A stretch of 36,978 bases of DNA from the IMG/VR virus record IMGVR_UViG_3300017653_000008, positions 1 through 36,978 of that record; one strand, 5' to 3'. Position numbers and translations under genes: made by a program. Shown one piece after another: positions 7,359 through 17,006 of the stretch; the stretch's first letter is position 1, and the number at the start of each line of letters is the position of its first letter. The stretch is from a virus. Taxonomy: Duplodnaviria > Caudoviricetes. The notes below the pieces were generated by a model. That model was not told the DNA's origin. It saw only the letters and a program-made list of their open reading frames with translations, and did not search any database.

Positions 7359-8912
7359 CTAGACGCTGTTGGCGATACCGCGGGCGGTACCTGCGAAGTT
7401 CTGCAGATGCGCGATCACGCGCTCCCAGCCGTCCTTCAGGGCCTTGTCCTCGCCCAACGTGACGGTCTCGACCATCCGGCCGTCACCGCGGTCGGTGATC
7501 TTCACCGCCGAGATCCACTGCTCGATCTCGACGCCGCGATCCCACAGGGTCACGATGTCCCCGACCCGGTACCGGCGGCCGGTGCCGTCGTCGACGCCCA
7601 TGCAGTAGCCGCGGCCGGCAGCGCCGGACGAGAGCTGGATCTTCACTGCGTCGGAGCCGGAGTGCTTCTTGAGCTCGGCCTGCCCGACCGCGAAGCTGTC
7701 GAGCGACCACGCGGCGGTGTTGTCGCCGAACACCTCACCGAACCCGTGCTCCCCGAGGTCGGCCTCGAGGTCCGGATCCCAGAACTGCTGGTAGGCGAAG
7801 AACACGTTGTCGAACAGGTCGCCGACAAGGATCGTGCCGAGGTTCAGGCCGGGGAACAGGGCATTGAGTATGAGCTGGAGCGCGAAGTTCGCGCCCCACT
7901 CGATGGCCTGGTTCATGATCTCCGGGGCCTTGCCACCGACCGCGACCTTGTGTGCGTCGACGTGCTCGACGTCCCGCTCGTAGTACTCGACCTGGGTCGA
8001 GTCCAGCCGGAACTGAATCTTGCGCATGTCCCGCTTGACATGGGTGTCGAAGACGTACCCGGAGCGGGTCATCTTCCCCCAGTCGTCCGGATTCGCCAAC
8101 CCCAGAATGTTTCCCGGGTTGGTGAAATTCAGGAAGTTGTCCGACGTGTAGTCGAACACCGACTGGAGCTGAGACAGGCTGGTCGTGTTAAAGACGTGCG
8201 GCGATGGCCCGTCCAATGGAGTCCACAAATGACACGACAGGCCCATCTCCTGCGTCTCGACGGTCTGCTTGAACAGCTCGTCGAGTTGCGTGAACCGGGC
8301 CTGCAGGACACACAGGTCGTCGAGGGCGTCGGCGACGATGTCGAGCAGGTCATTGAGCGTGTCGATGTCGTCGAGATCCGGCAGCGTCGGCACGGTGTAG
8401 CGCAGTGGAAGTGCCGCGCACACGGGCTTTCGCAGCCGGGTCATGGTCTCGGCGAGGTACGCCTTGAACACGAAGTCCGGCGGCCCCCACTTCACGTTCT
8501 GCTTCCCGGTCAGCGACAGCTGGAACTCTGGCGGCGTGATGTTGTTGACCCACGCCAGGCCCCGCAGGATCCACATCAGGTTGCTGATGCAGTAGAGGGT
8601 GATGACCTCACGACCCGGCTTGCCCTTGATGTTCGCGCGCATGATCCGGCCATCCCACGGGATACCGTTCCGGTACGTGCGCACGTGGATGACGCGGCGC
8701 CGGCAGTTCACCAGGTACGCGGCCATCGGATGATCCGGCTTGATCTGGATCACCGCCGAAGTGGGCAGGTACCAGTGCCATTCGAATTCGGCGGTCATGT
8801 ACCCACCGAGCGGCCGCCAGGACAAGGCGTCCGGCTGGCCGATCTCGATGTCGAATCCGGTGACGTCGTCGCGGGTGGGGCGGGGATAGCCGGGCGTGTA
8901 CGCGGCCGTCAC
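7359..8912 (-). CDS. Minor tail protein (baseplate hub/Tal-position)
   Basis: GTG8912 overlaps the upstream stop; 517 aa; second gene after tape measure; YRVGDIVT motif. Confidence 0.85.
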   Translation of the reverse strand: MTAAYTPGYPRPTRDDVTGFDIEIGQPDALSWRPLGGYMTAEFEWHWYLPTSAVIQIKPDHPMAAYLVNCRRRVIHVRTYRNGIPWDGRIMRANIKGKPGREVITLYCISNLMWILRGLAWVNNITPPEFQLSLTGKQNVKWGPPDFVFKAYLAETMTRLRKPVCAALPLRYTVPTLPDLDDIDTLNDLLDIVADALDDLCVLQARFTQLDELFKQTVETQEMGLSCHLWTPLDGPSPHVFNTTSLSQLQSVFDYTSDNFLNFTNPGNILGLANPDDWGKMTRSGYVFDTHVKRDMRKIQFRLDSTQVEYYERDVEHVDAHKVAVGGKAPEIMNQAIEWGANFALQLILNALFPGLNLGTILVGDLFDNVFFAYQQFWDPDLEADLGEHGFGEVFGDNTAAWSLDSFAVGQAELKKHSGSDAVKIQLSSGAAGRGYCMGVDDGTGRRYRVGDIVTLWDRGVEIEQWISAVKITDRGDGRMVETVTLGEDKALKDGWERVIAHLQNFAGTARGIANSV

Positions 8913-9718
8913 AGGGCCGCCCAGTGCAGCTGGGGCACGGTGATCTCCACCTTCGTTGCTGAGGTTGTGCCGGTGCCGGTGATGGCGATCGGCACGGTGA
9001 GTCGGCCGGCGGGGATCTGCTTGTACCAGCGGCGGCCGACCCACGACCGGTCGGCGCCGGTGCTGTCGTTGATCTGGAACCAGTCCGGGTCGGTCTCGAT
9101 GTCGAGGTAGTCCCCGGCGGCGATCGTCGGCAGCGGCACGGTCTCCCCCATCCAGCCGATCGTGGGGAGCGTGATCGGGCCGGTGATCCGCAGGTGCGGC
9201 CATACCGGCTCGTCGGAGTTGGTGCGTACCGCGGCGGTCGCGAAGTCGGCCGGGGTGAAGGTCTTCACGACCGGTATTCGCCGCCACCACGATTCGTCCG
9301 AGCGCAACATCACCGGGTCGGACAACACGATCCCGGCGTTGCGGAGCAGCGTGTAGTTCAGTGGCCCGAGCTTCGACGCCAGTCGCACATCCTGGAAGCG
9401 GCGACCGGCCTCGTCGGTGATCGTCCAGAACCGGTGGATCTGCTTGCCGCGGCCCAGGGATTGCCGCCACTGCTGCGCGGTCCGTACCCGGGCCGCCGGG
9501 TCGGGTACGGCGATCTTCACGTCCAGGCCGATCAGGTTCGGCTCGTCCATGCGCGCCCGCCACGTGACGCCGGCCTGGTCGACGTTCTTCTGGTCGTCGA
9601 ACGCGAACTCCGCGCCTTCGAGGCCGGTCGGATCGGTGCGCAACGAGAGCGGGCAGGTGGAGGACGTGAAGTCCCACACCTGCCCGTTTTCGCATTCGAG
9701 GACGTACCGCCTCGCCAT
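8909..9718 (-). CDS. Distal tail (Dit-like) minor tail protein
   Basis: Immediately after tape measure; NSDEPVWPHLRITGP, LDIETDP motifs. Confidence 0.85.
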   Translation of the reverse strand: MARRYVLECENGQVWDFTSSTCPLSLRTDPTGLEGAEFAFDDQKNVDQAGVTWRARMDEPNLIGLDVKIAVPDPAARVRTAQQWRQSLGRGKQIHRFWTITDEAGRRFQDVRLASKLGPLNYTLLRNAGIVLSDPVMLRSDESWWRRIPVVKTFTPADFATAAVRTNSDEPVWPHLRITGPITLPTIGWMGETVPLPTIAAGDYLDIETDPDWFQINDSTGADRSWVGRRWYKQIPAGRLTVPIAITGTGTTSATKVEITVPQLHWAAL

Positions 9719-12700
9719 CTACATCCCTGCCTTCATGATCGAGAGGTTGGCGGTCCCGGCGCCGCGGTCCACGTCGACCTGCACGTCCACGGGGTCCGGG
9801 TTGGCGGCAACGGCCCGGATTTCCTCGAGCTTCTCGACGAGCATCTGGAAGCCCTTCTCCAGCGCCGGATGCGAGTTGGCGCCGGTGTCGAACTGTCCGG
9901 TGAAGCGGCCGTCTGCGTCGAACCCGGATGCGAGCGCGAACGCTCCGCCGATCCCGAGGGCGGCGAGGTTGTACATCGTGGCCCGGCGTTTGTTCGCGGA
10001 CATTCCGGCCCAGCCGTCCGGGGTGAGTGGCACGTCGAACGACGCGGGGCTGCGGCCGCCGTATCCACCGAAGCCGGTGAGGCCACCGTCGGCCATCGGC
10101 ACCAGCTCGAACCCGAAGCGGTTGGCGATCTCGCGGGTGATCGCCACCGACCGGGGGCGTTTCGACGGGGCGAGCGGGATGTATCCCTCGCCGCCGGTGC
10201 CCTTCTCGGCGAAGTGCACGAGCTCGGCGCCGTCGCCGGCGATGAACGCGTCCTGAGGGGCCCGCAGCCCACCGTTCTCGAACACCTTGAGTCCGGCGGT
10301 CAGGATCGGCTTGCGCTCGTCGGCAGGCTTCTCCTCGGCCTTGCTGCTGCCGCCGAGGGTGTCGGGCCAGTTCGTGACGAACACCCGCTGCCCATCGGTG
10401 GACATCACCGCACCCGAGTCAGTGACGCCGACAGCGCGCCCCGCCGACGAGTCCTCGCCGGTCATGCCGCGACGCTCGGTCGACGGGTCGTCGCCCATCG
10501 TGGCGCCGGGCCAATGCCACACTTGCGGGAAGTCGAGAGCCCCGTCCGCGCCACCGCCGTATTGCACACCGTTGCTGCCGTCGGACTCGATGTTGACGCC
10601 GTACAGAGTGCCCGCCATGTGGCCGTCCATCTCCACACCGCCATTGGTGCCGATCGAGAATCCATTCGGGTCGTAGCCGGGAGCCCAGCCCATCGACGCG
10701 AAGTCCGAGGCAGTCGTGAACCGAACAGACTGCCCGGTGCCAGCGTTGAACACGTCAGACAGGTGCCCGGAGCAGTCGTCGAGGGTGGCGTACCCGTACG
10801 GGCGGCCGGCCTTCGACTTCGCGCGGTCGATCGCCGCCTGAGCGTCGAATCCGGATGGCCCGACGATCCCGCCGTCGGCCATCTTCGGGAACAGTCCCTC
10901 GTTCAGCCGCAGGAGCAGATCCGTGATCGGGCTGTCCTCGTGGATGCCGTAGTTCGCGAGGGCGCCGTCGTAGTCGCCCTCGGCGATGGCCTTGCGCGCG
11001 CTGAGGATGACGTCGACGAGCGGGTGATCCTCCTGGATGCCGAGGAGCGAGGCGGTGCGACCTGAGTAGTCCCCGCCGAGCAGCGCCCGCCACCCGGTCG
11101 GATCGGACTGTGCGTCGAGAGACTTCGGGTCGCCCTTGAAGATCTTCCCGGCCTCACCGCGCACGGTGCGGATGAGCCCGAACCCGAAGCGTTTGGCGAC
11201 CTCCTGCAAGATGCGTTCGGAGCGTGGGCGCTTCGACATCGCACCCGGGATGTAGGCCTCCCACCAGGTCTCACCCTCCGCGTAACGGACCGGTCCGAAT
11301 GGGGTGCGGGCGAGGATGCCGTTTCCCTGGCCGTTAGCGATGTGCGCAGTGTCGAGCATGCCATTGGCGCGCGTACGGACACCGCCGTCGGCGTAGTGGA
11401 CCCGCTGATACTGCCCGGTCTCCGCCTGACGCTGAGCGGCTGCGGCCGCCGATGACACGATCGCATCGTTCTGTGCCTGGAGGTTCTGGTAGTGCACACG
11501 CACTTGGACGTCAGCGAAGCGCTGCTGGGCAAGCCACTGCCGCATCGTCAGGTCGGCCTCGTCCGTCTCGGCAACTACCTCGACGGTCCCGTCGGGGAGT
11601 TCCTTGACCGTGATCCCGAGATGCTTCAGCTCGTCGATCGCGTCCTGGGTCAACGCTTCGGTGAGGATGACTTTCTCGTCGGGCGTTTCCTCGATCTTGC
11701 CCTGGAGGACATCGAGCGCTGAGTGCGCTTCGGGCATGCCCGGCTGCCGGATCTGCGTCTGAACGAGGTTCGGCACGAGCCCGTAGCTGTTGATCAGCTC
11801 GAGGGCCTGCCGATTTGTCAGTCCCATCTGCATCGCTTGCTGAATCAGCTCGCCACGGTTTGCGGCGTACTGCCCGGTCAGCTCCTCGATCGTGGCACCC
11901 GCCTCGAGACCAGTACGGGTCTGTGTCTCGAACCGATCCTTGAGGCCGGCCAACTGCTGATCGAGGCGAGCCTGCGTCGGAATCGACCTGTCGAGAGTCC
12001 CATTGAAGTTCTCGATCTTGACGGTCGATCCGTCTATGGCGATTCCGACTTCGGAGATCGAGTCGTTGACCTTCTGGATCTCGTCGTTGAATGCAGCCGA
12101 CAGCTTGAGATCGCCAGCGAAATCGTTGAACCGGTCCTGAGCGGCGCCGACCGCGGGGATCAGGCGGTTCTCGATGCCGTCAGCCCCAGCATTCATGCCG
12201 TTCTGGATCGCCACACCGCCATCGCGGGCCTTGTCGGCGAAGCTCTGCAGATCCTTCGCGACATCGCCGAAGTCGGGCATTCCGGGGATGAGGTCACCGA
12301 GCGGCCCGAGCAGGCCATCCAGTCCGGCAACGATCACAGAGAACGTGTCGAGCATGGACGCCGCCATGTCGGACCCAGACTTGGCGAATTCTCCGAATCC
12401 GCGCATACCGTTCGCTACGAACTGCAGGATTGCTTCAGCTCCGTCGAACGCCTTGTTGCCGATGTCGATGAAGAACTGGATGACGCCGGCCCGGTTGTTG
12501 CTGATGGTGTCTGCGAACTTTTGGATGTGGGGCCCGAAGGCTTCAGCCAAGGCTGCTTTCAGTCCATCTGCCGCCATGCTGACAGCACGTGTTGCGCCCT
12601 CTACAGAGGTTGCCGCGTTGCCGTTCATGACGTCGATGGCGCGTCTGGCGGCGCCTTCGTAGTCGTTCATCGACTGGACAGCGGTTGTCAGGTCCATGGC

Positions 12701-14059
12701 GTACATGGCCTGCCCGAGGTCCTCGGCCTTGGTGCCGAACAGTGCGACGGCGGCCGCGTTCCGTTCGACTGGGTCTTCGATCTCGCGCAGCTTCGTGAGC
12801 ACCAGTTCGAGACCGTCACGGGCAGACTCGCCGCCCTCCGCGATCTTCGCGGTCATCTCCTCTGCCGACAATCCGAGGAGTTCGTAGCCTTCGGCGCTGG
12901 CCTTCGATCCGTCCTGTGCGCGGATCGCGAACTCCTTCAGCGCATCCGCTGCGGTGTCGGTGTCGCGGGCGCCGGCCTTCACGGCCTGGCCCATCAGTCC
13001 CATCGCTTCGGCGCCGGTGAGGCCGAGTTGCCGGAACTGGGTGCCGTACTCGTCGATTGTGTCGAGCCAGTCCTCGGACACGTTCAGGCCCATCTGAGAG
13101 CCCTTGACGATGAGGTCGAATGCGTCGTTGACGTCGGCGGCGAACCCGGTCTTGACGGCCTGCGCGGCCGATCGGGACACCCGCGGGATCTCCTCGCCGA
13201 TGATGCGGGAGACACCGTCGAGGGAGCGGATCATCTGCTCCGCATCGCGTTGCGTCGCACCCGGATCGAGCAGGCCACTCCCGAGTGCCGCCTTTGCGGT
13301 GCCGAGGTTCGCCTCGAGCGACTCGCCGAACGTGTCGGCGTACGCTTCGCCCGCGGCCTGTGCGAATTTCCGGGCCTGCGCTTCCGTCACGCCCGTCTGC
13401 GCCTGGAACAGGTCCCGGTTCAGTTCGGCGGACATGCCGTCCTTGATCGCAGCGGCGAGCGCCGCACCCGCAGTGAGGCCGATCGCGGCGACACCAAGGA
13501 GGGATGCACCGATCGGGCCGGTCTTCGAGCCGAGATTGCCGACCGCGTCAGCGAACCCGGACAGGAAGTTCCCGCCGGACCGGCTGCCCGCCGGCCCTCC
13601 GCCCTGACTCGCCTGTTGGTACAGGTCCTCAAGTTCCTGCTGCGCGGCCTGCAGGTCCTGCTGTAGCCGGTTGCCGAGCTCGATGGTGTCGACCGCGCCT
13701 GCCGCCTGACGTGCGGCAGCCTGGATCTCCTCTATCTCCTGAGCGGCACGGCGGGCGTCGTTCAGCAGCTGGGTGTTCATGACGATGTCGTCGACGGACT
13801 GGTCGGCGCGCTGTGCGTTGCGCTCCAACTCCTGAATACGCTGCGCTGCGTCGCGGGCCTGCTGCTCGAGCCGGCGGTTGATCTCGACGGCCTGGGCGGC
13901 TTGGCCGGCGCGCTGCGCTGCCTGGCTGATTTGCTGGAAGCCGTTGGAGATCTGCTGGGTGGCTCGCTGGCTCTGCTGCTGGGCCCGCTCGGTGCCTTGG
14001 ACGAAGCGGGAGTCGTCGAGGGTGAGGCGGGCGACGAGTTCGCCGACGTCGAGTGCCAC
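9719..14059 (-). CDS. Tape measure protein with NlpC/P60-like domain
   Basis: 1446 aa; MALDVGELVARL start; Ala-rich helical core with EDWLDTIDEY and ALFGTKAEDLG; C-terminal PYGY..DCSG...GHMA. Confidence 0.95.
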   Translation of the reverse strand: MALDVGELVARLTLDDSRFVQGTERAQQQSQRATQQISNGFQQISQAAQRAGQAAQAVEINRRLEQQARDAAQRIQELERNAQRADQSVDDIVMNTQLLNDARRAAQEIEEIQAAARQAAGAVDTIELGNRLQQDLQAAQQELEDLYQQASQGGGPAGSRSGGNFLSGFADAVGNLGSKTGPIGASLLGVAAIGLTAGAALAAAIKDGMSAELNRDLFQAQTGVTEAQARKFAQAAGEAYADTFGESLEANLGTAKAALGSGLLDPGATQRDAEQMIRSLDGVSRIIGEEIPRVSRSAAQAVKTGFAADVNDAFDLIVKGSQMGLNVSEDWLDTIDEYGTQFRQLGLTGAEAMGLMGQAVKAGARDTDTAADALKEFAIRAQDGSKASAEGYELLGLSAEEMTAKIAEGGESARDGLELVLTKLREIEDPVERNAAAVALFGTKAEDLGQAMYAMDLTTAVQSMNDYEGAARRAIDVMNGNAATSVEGATRAVSMAADGLKAALAEAFGPHIQKFADTISNNRAGVIQFFIDIGNKAFDGAEAILQFVANGMRGFGEFAKSGSDMAASMLDTFSVIVAGLDGLLGPLGDLIPGMPDFGDVAKDLQSFADKARDGGVAIQNGMNAGADGIENRLIPAVGAAQDRFNDFAGDLKLSAAFNDEIQKVNDSISEVGIAIDGSTVKIENFNGTLDRSIPTQARLDQQLAGLKDRFETQTRTGLEAGATIEELTGQYAANRGELIQQAMQMGLTNRQALELINSYGLVPNLVQTQIRQPGMPEAHSALDVLQGKIEETPDEKVILTEALTQDAIDELKHLGITVKELPDGTVEVVAETDEADLTMRQWLAQQRFADVQVRVHYQNLQAQNDAIVSSAAAAAQRQAETGQYQRVHYADGGVRTRANGMLDTAHIANGQGNGILARTPFGPVRYAEGETWWEAYIPGAMSKRPRSERILQEVAKRFGFGLIRTVRGEAGKIFKGDPKSLDAQSDPTGWRALLGGDYSGRTASLLGIQEDHPLVDVILSARKAIAEGDYDGALANYGIHEDSPITDLLLRLNEGLFPKMADGGIVGPSGFDAQAAIDRAKSKAGRPYGYATLDDCSGHLSDVFNAGTGQSVRFTTASDFASMGWAPGYDPNGFSIGTNGGVEMDGHMAGTLYGVNIESDGSNGVQYGGGADGALDFPQVWHWPGATMGDDPSTERRGMTGEDSSAGRAVGVTDSGAVMSTDGQRVFVTNWPDTLGGSSKAEEKPADERKPILTAGLKVFENGGLRAPQDAFIAGDGAELVHFAEKGTGGEGYIPLAPSKRPRSVAITREIANRFGFELVPMADGGLTGFGGYGGRSPASFDVPLTPDGWAGMSANKRRATMYNLAALGIGGAFALASGFDADGRFTGQFDTGANSHPALEKGFQMLVEKLEEIRAVAANPDPVDVQVDVDRGAGTANLSIMKAGM

Positions 14060-14062
14060 GGG

Positions 14063-14455
14063 CTACTCCTTCTTGCGCAGTTGCTTTCTGGCCTTGAGCA
14101 GCTCGGCGTGCTGGCCGAGGATCTTCTCGAGGTCGGCTTGTCGGGGCAGATGCGACATGGCCCAGTGGATTTCGCCCCAGTCCGGGGAGAACCCGAACCA
14201 CAAGATCGCGGTACGGCCGGCGTGCAGGATCATCGGCCAGGGCAGGCCGTCGGCGACCATTTCGCCGAACGCAGTCCCGAGGGCGTCGATGGCTTGCTGG
14301 GTCTGTTCGACCGGGGGCATCCCGTCCTTTGTCACCATCTCCCGCATGGCCTTCGCTGCCTCGTAGTCCGGCGCCGGGACGGTGTAGCGCTTGCCTCGGA
14401 TCGGCAGGTGGAGGTCCGGGTCGAAGCCGGTTTCGGTGAGGTCCTTGAGCGCCAC
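14063..14455 (-). CDS. Tail assembly chaperone paralogue B
   Basis: GTG14455; shares DP.LHLPI.G..Y, MV.DG..WP.I.HAGRTA.LWFG.S and HW with 14697..15119. Confidence 0.75.
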   Translation of the reverse strand: MALKDLTETGFDPDLHLPIRGKRYTVPAPDYEAAKAMREMVTKDGMPPVEQTQQAIDALGTAFGEMVADGLPWPMILHAGRTAILWFGFSPDWGEIHWAMSHLPRQADLEKILGQHAELLKARKQLRKKE

Positions 14456-14817
14456 TACACGCCTTTCGTCAGCGCCTTGTGCAGGCGGGAGGTTGGATCT
14501 GCGGCGAGGGCGGTGATGCGCAGGCGCAGCCATCGCCACGAGTGGGTGTGCAGGACACCGGATTCGAGGTCGATCCCGTTGTCTTGCAGGTCGAGTTCGA
14601 TGTCGGTCCAGTGATGTAGGCAGTCGACGATTGTGCGTGCGACCTGGCCAGGTTTCGGCCGGTCAGGCTCGTCGTTGTACCACTCGCGCACCCCGGTTAC
14701 GGGGTCGTACGGGCCGCCGCCAGGATCATCCGGTCCGTAGGTGCCGGGCGCTGAAGGATCGAGCGGAGCTTCTCCCCCATCCCTGCCTGCTTCGGGGATG
14801 GGGGTATCGGATTTCCC
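14455..14817 (-). CDS. Frameshift-extended C-terminal part of tail assembly chaperone (gpGT-like)
   Basis: The -1 frame opens across slippery G GGA AAT; contains WTDIELDL..GIDL.SG......W.WL..RI..L typical of gpT-like segments. Confidence 0.7.
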   Translation of the reverse strand, partial: GKSDTPIPEAGRDGGEAPLDPSAPGTYGPDDPGGGPYDPVTGVREWYNDEPDRPKPGQVARTIVDCLHHWTDIELDLQDNGIDLESGVLHTHSWRWLRLRITALAADPTSRLHKALTKGV

Positions 14818-15119
14818 GGCACACCTGTGCTCTCCCAGTGGGCCTGACCGGCGGCTTCGGAGTGCCCGAACCACAGCATGGCGGTGCGGCCGGCGTGGGC
14901 GATGGTGGGCCAGCCGATTCCGTCGTCGACCATCTGCTGGTAGGTGTCGCCGAGGATCGCGAGGATCTCGGCGCGTTCCTGCGCGTCGTCCAGGCGTGGG
15001 CGGGTGGCGATGAGCTGGTGCGCGCGTAGCCCCTGCCAGGCAGTGCAGTGGATCGCGTAGTCGCGGCCGGCGATCGGTAGGTGCAGCGCGGGGTCCATGA
15101 AGGTGGCGAGGTCCTCCAC
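14697..15119 (-). CDS. Tail assembly chaperone A (gpG-like)
   Basis: SD AAGGAG; lies between major tail and tape measure. Confidence 0.8.
   Translation of the reverse strand: MEDLATFMDPALHLPIAGRDYAIHCTAWQGLRAHQLIATRPRLDDAQERAEILAILGDTYQQMVDDGIGWPTIAHAGRTAMLWFGHSEAAGQAHWESTGVPGNPIPPSPKQAGMGEKLRSILQRPAPTDRMILAAARTTP
14811..14817 (-). other. -1 ribosomal frameshift slippery site GGGAAAT
   Basis: X XXY YYZ heptamer in the correct phase (CCG GGA AAT to GGG AAA TCC). Confidence 0.7.
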
Positions 15120-15142
15120 CGGACTCCTTCCGTTGGGTGAAA

Positions 15143-15181
15143 CACCCGCCGGGAGCAGCGCAGCTCTACTCCCAGCGGGTG
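15143..15181 (-). terminator. Hairpin after major tail gene
   Basis: 16-bp stem with G-U pairs on the minus strand, followed by UUUC. Confidence 0.6.
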
Positions 15182-15193
15182 GTCATGGGGCGG

Positions 15194-15943
15194 TCAGGCC
15201 GCGGCGACGGCGAATGCTCCGCCGGTCAGGCCGGAGCCGTCACCGGTCAGCACGCCGCCGGGGACGGTGACGGCGAACGGGCCACCCGCCGATCCGGTGA
15301 CCGTGAAATCGCTGGCGACATAGCCGTCGTCGAGCGCAGCCAGCGCCGACTTGATCGCCGCGGACGTTGCATCGAAGGCGATCGGCGCGGTGGTCTTGGT
15401 GTTCCACGTCAGGGTGAAGGTGCCCGCAGTGGCTCCGCCGATCGTGACGGTGAAGTTCTGGTCACCGGACGGAACGAGCGGCTTGACGATGTCGCGGGGC
15501 TTGCCGCGGCCCGACAGCGTGAAGCTGAACTCCTGCAGCGCGTTCGGGTCGGACGCCGGCGAGTCGGTCCACTTCACCGTGGTCTCGGCTTCGTAGGCGT
15601 CGGGCAGCGCGTCGCGCCGGTAGATGCGGACCGTCACGACGTTGTCGTAGCCAGTCTTGCGGCCCTTCTGGCGCAGGAAGTTCTGGCCCGGGTCGTCGAC
15701 GAATCCGGACGTGTTCTCGCCCTTGCGCTTGCCGCCACCTTCGATGCGGAACGCGAGGCCGGTGACGATCTGGGACGCGAAGCCCTCCGAGTCGATGTCG
15801 GAGTCGTCCTGCTCGGCGCCCTCGAAGATGGGGGCGACCGAGGAGAGGCCGCGGACACGCGTCCAAACATCGGGAGCGGTTTCGGCTTCGAGAATCCAGT
15901 CGCGTGCGAGGGTCGACGCGAGGGCCTGGGTGGGTGCAGTCAT
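15194..15943 (-). CDS. Major tail protein with C-terminal extension
   Basis: LARDW.LE, DPGQ.FLR, FSFTLSGRGKP motifs; SD AGGAGG. Confidence 0.9.
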   Translation of the reverse strand: MTAPTQALASTLARDWILEAETAPDVWTRVRGLSSVAPIFEGAEQDDSDIDSEGFASQIVTGLAFRIEGGGKRKGENTSGFVDDPGQNFLRQKGRKTGYDNVVTVRIYRRDALPDAYEAETTVKWTDSPASDPNALQEFSFTLSGRGKPRDIVKPLVPSGDQNFTVTIGGATAGTFTLTWNTKTTAPIAFDATSAAIKSALAALDDGYVASDFTVTGSAGGPFAVTVPGGVLTGDGSGLTGGAFAVAAA

Positions 15944-15955
15944 GGGGTCGTCCTC

Positions 15956-16393
15956 CTAGGACGGGTTGGCAGTGATGCGGTACGAATCGGGGCGGGTCCA
16001 GCGCCCGTTCGCGTCGGGGTCGCGTTGGGCGCGCACGACGCGGCGGCAGAGCAGGACCCGGACACTCCCCCACATCTGGTGGGAGGTGTCGTGGATCGCC
16101 CGGTAGATGGCGTCCATGAGCTGGTCGACGGCACGAGGATCTCGGCCGGCGCGGCGTCCCCGGATCTGCAGGTAGTAGTCCGGGTTGTCGTCGTCGCGGG
16201 ATCGGTCGTCGTTGTAGGTGTTGATGACGATGGCGTCGTTCGGGGTGTCTGGCATCGCGCCGAAGAACACCGCGGGGAGTGTGCCGGTGCCGTAGATGCC
16301 GGTGGGTTCGTATCGCACGAGCCCGAGAGAGTGAAGACGCTGCGCGAGCGCGTCTTCTACGGCGGTGGTGTCGGGTGCACGCGCGGTCGTCAC
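15956..16393 (-). CDS. Tail terminator
   Basis: MPDTP...LQIR.R...D.NGRW....Y; directly before major tail. Confidence 0.8.
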   Translation of the reverse strand: MTTARAPDTTAVEDALAQRLHSLGLVRYEPTGIYGTGTLPAVFFGAMPDTPNDAIVINTYNDDRSRDDDNPDYYLQIRGRRAGRDPRAVDQLMDAIYRAIHDTSHQMWGSVRVLLCRRVVRAQRDPDANGRWTRPDSYRITANPS

Positions 16394-16704
16394 AGTGCCT
16401 CCCGGATGGCTTGGGCGATGACCTGCCCGACTTCCTGCCGCTTCGCGATCACAGCGTTCTCGAGGAACTTCGCCTCACCGTGCTCGTGATGCCAGCCCAC
16501 TTCCTCGTGCTGGCGGGCCGCGTACGGAAGGTCGTAGTACACGGCCGCTTCGAGGTCGCCTGAGGCTGTCTTGCAGTCGTTGCGCAGCTCGCCGGTTTCC
16601 TTCGGCGTGCGCTCGATCGACTCCTGTTTGACGACCTCGGCGGCGTCGTCGAGGCCTCGCTGTGCGGCGGCCCGGATCGCGGCCATGCCGAAGTTCAGGA
16701 TCAT
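16390..16704 (-). CDS. HK97 gp10-like neck protein
   Basis: P.ETGELR, Y.LPYAARQHE, GEAKFLE motifs; ATG16704 with SD GAGGTG. Confidence 0.8.
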   Translation of the reverse strand: MILNFGMAAIRAAAQRGLDDAAEVVKQESIERTPKETGELRNDCKTASGDLEAAVYYDLPYAARQHEEVGWHHEHGEAKFLENAVIAKRQEVGQVIAQAIREAL

Positions 16705-16817
16705 TCCGGCCACCTCGTTCCGCATGAGCAGCGCACGGAGGTGTACCGACCGCCGAGGGATGGGAACCGGCTGAGCGTGTGACCGCGGAGCCGATGCCAT
16801 CGTTCGCACATGGTCAT
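16701..16817 (-). CDS. 38-aa Cys/His-containing small protein
   Basis: MTMCERWHRLRGHTLSRFPSLGGRYTSVRCSCGTRWPE*; ATGA overlaps at both ends. Confidence 0.55.
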   Translation of the reverse strand: MTMCERWHRLRGHTLSRFPSLGGRYTSVRCSCGTRWPE

Positions 16818-16996
16818 GCCGCCACCTCGTCGAAGTTCTCGGCCATGGACTTGGTAATGCTGTCGGCGTATTCGCTGGCGATCTGGTCGCCGAGCCCGAT
16901 GCTGACCACGGTGATGTACGCCGCCATCCAGATGGCGTCGACGAGGATCTTTCGGCCTTCGTATGAGGGTGCGCGCAGCACTTCGACTTCAGTCAT
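16814..16996 (-). CDS. Hypothetical 60-aa protein
   Basis: SD GAGGAG; coupled to the next ORF. Confidence 0.6.
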   Translation of the reverse strand: MTEVEVLRAPSYEGRKILVDAIWMAAYITVVSIGLGDQIASEYADSITKSMAENFDEVAA

Positions 16997-17006
16997 GAAC
17001 TGCTCC

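Noticed and set aside
14766-14781. Alternative frameshift at GGGGGAGAAG
   Set aside because: Does not fit X XXY YYZ in frame as well as GGGAAAT at 14811-14817
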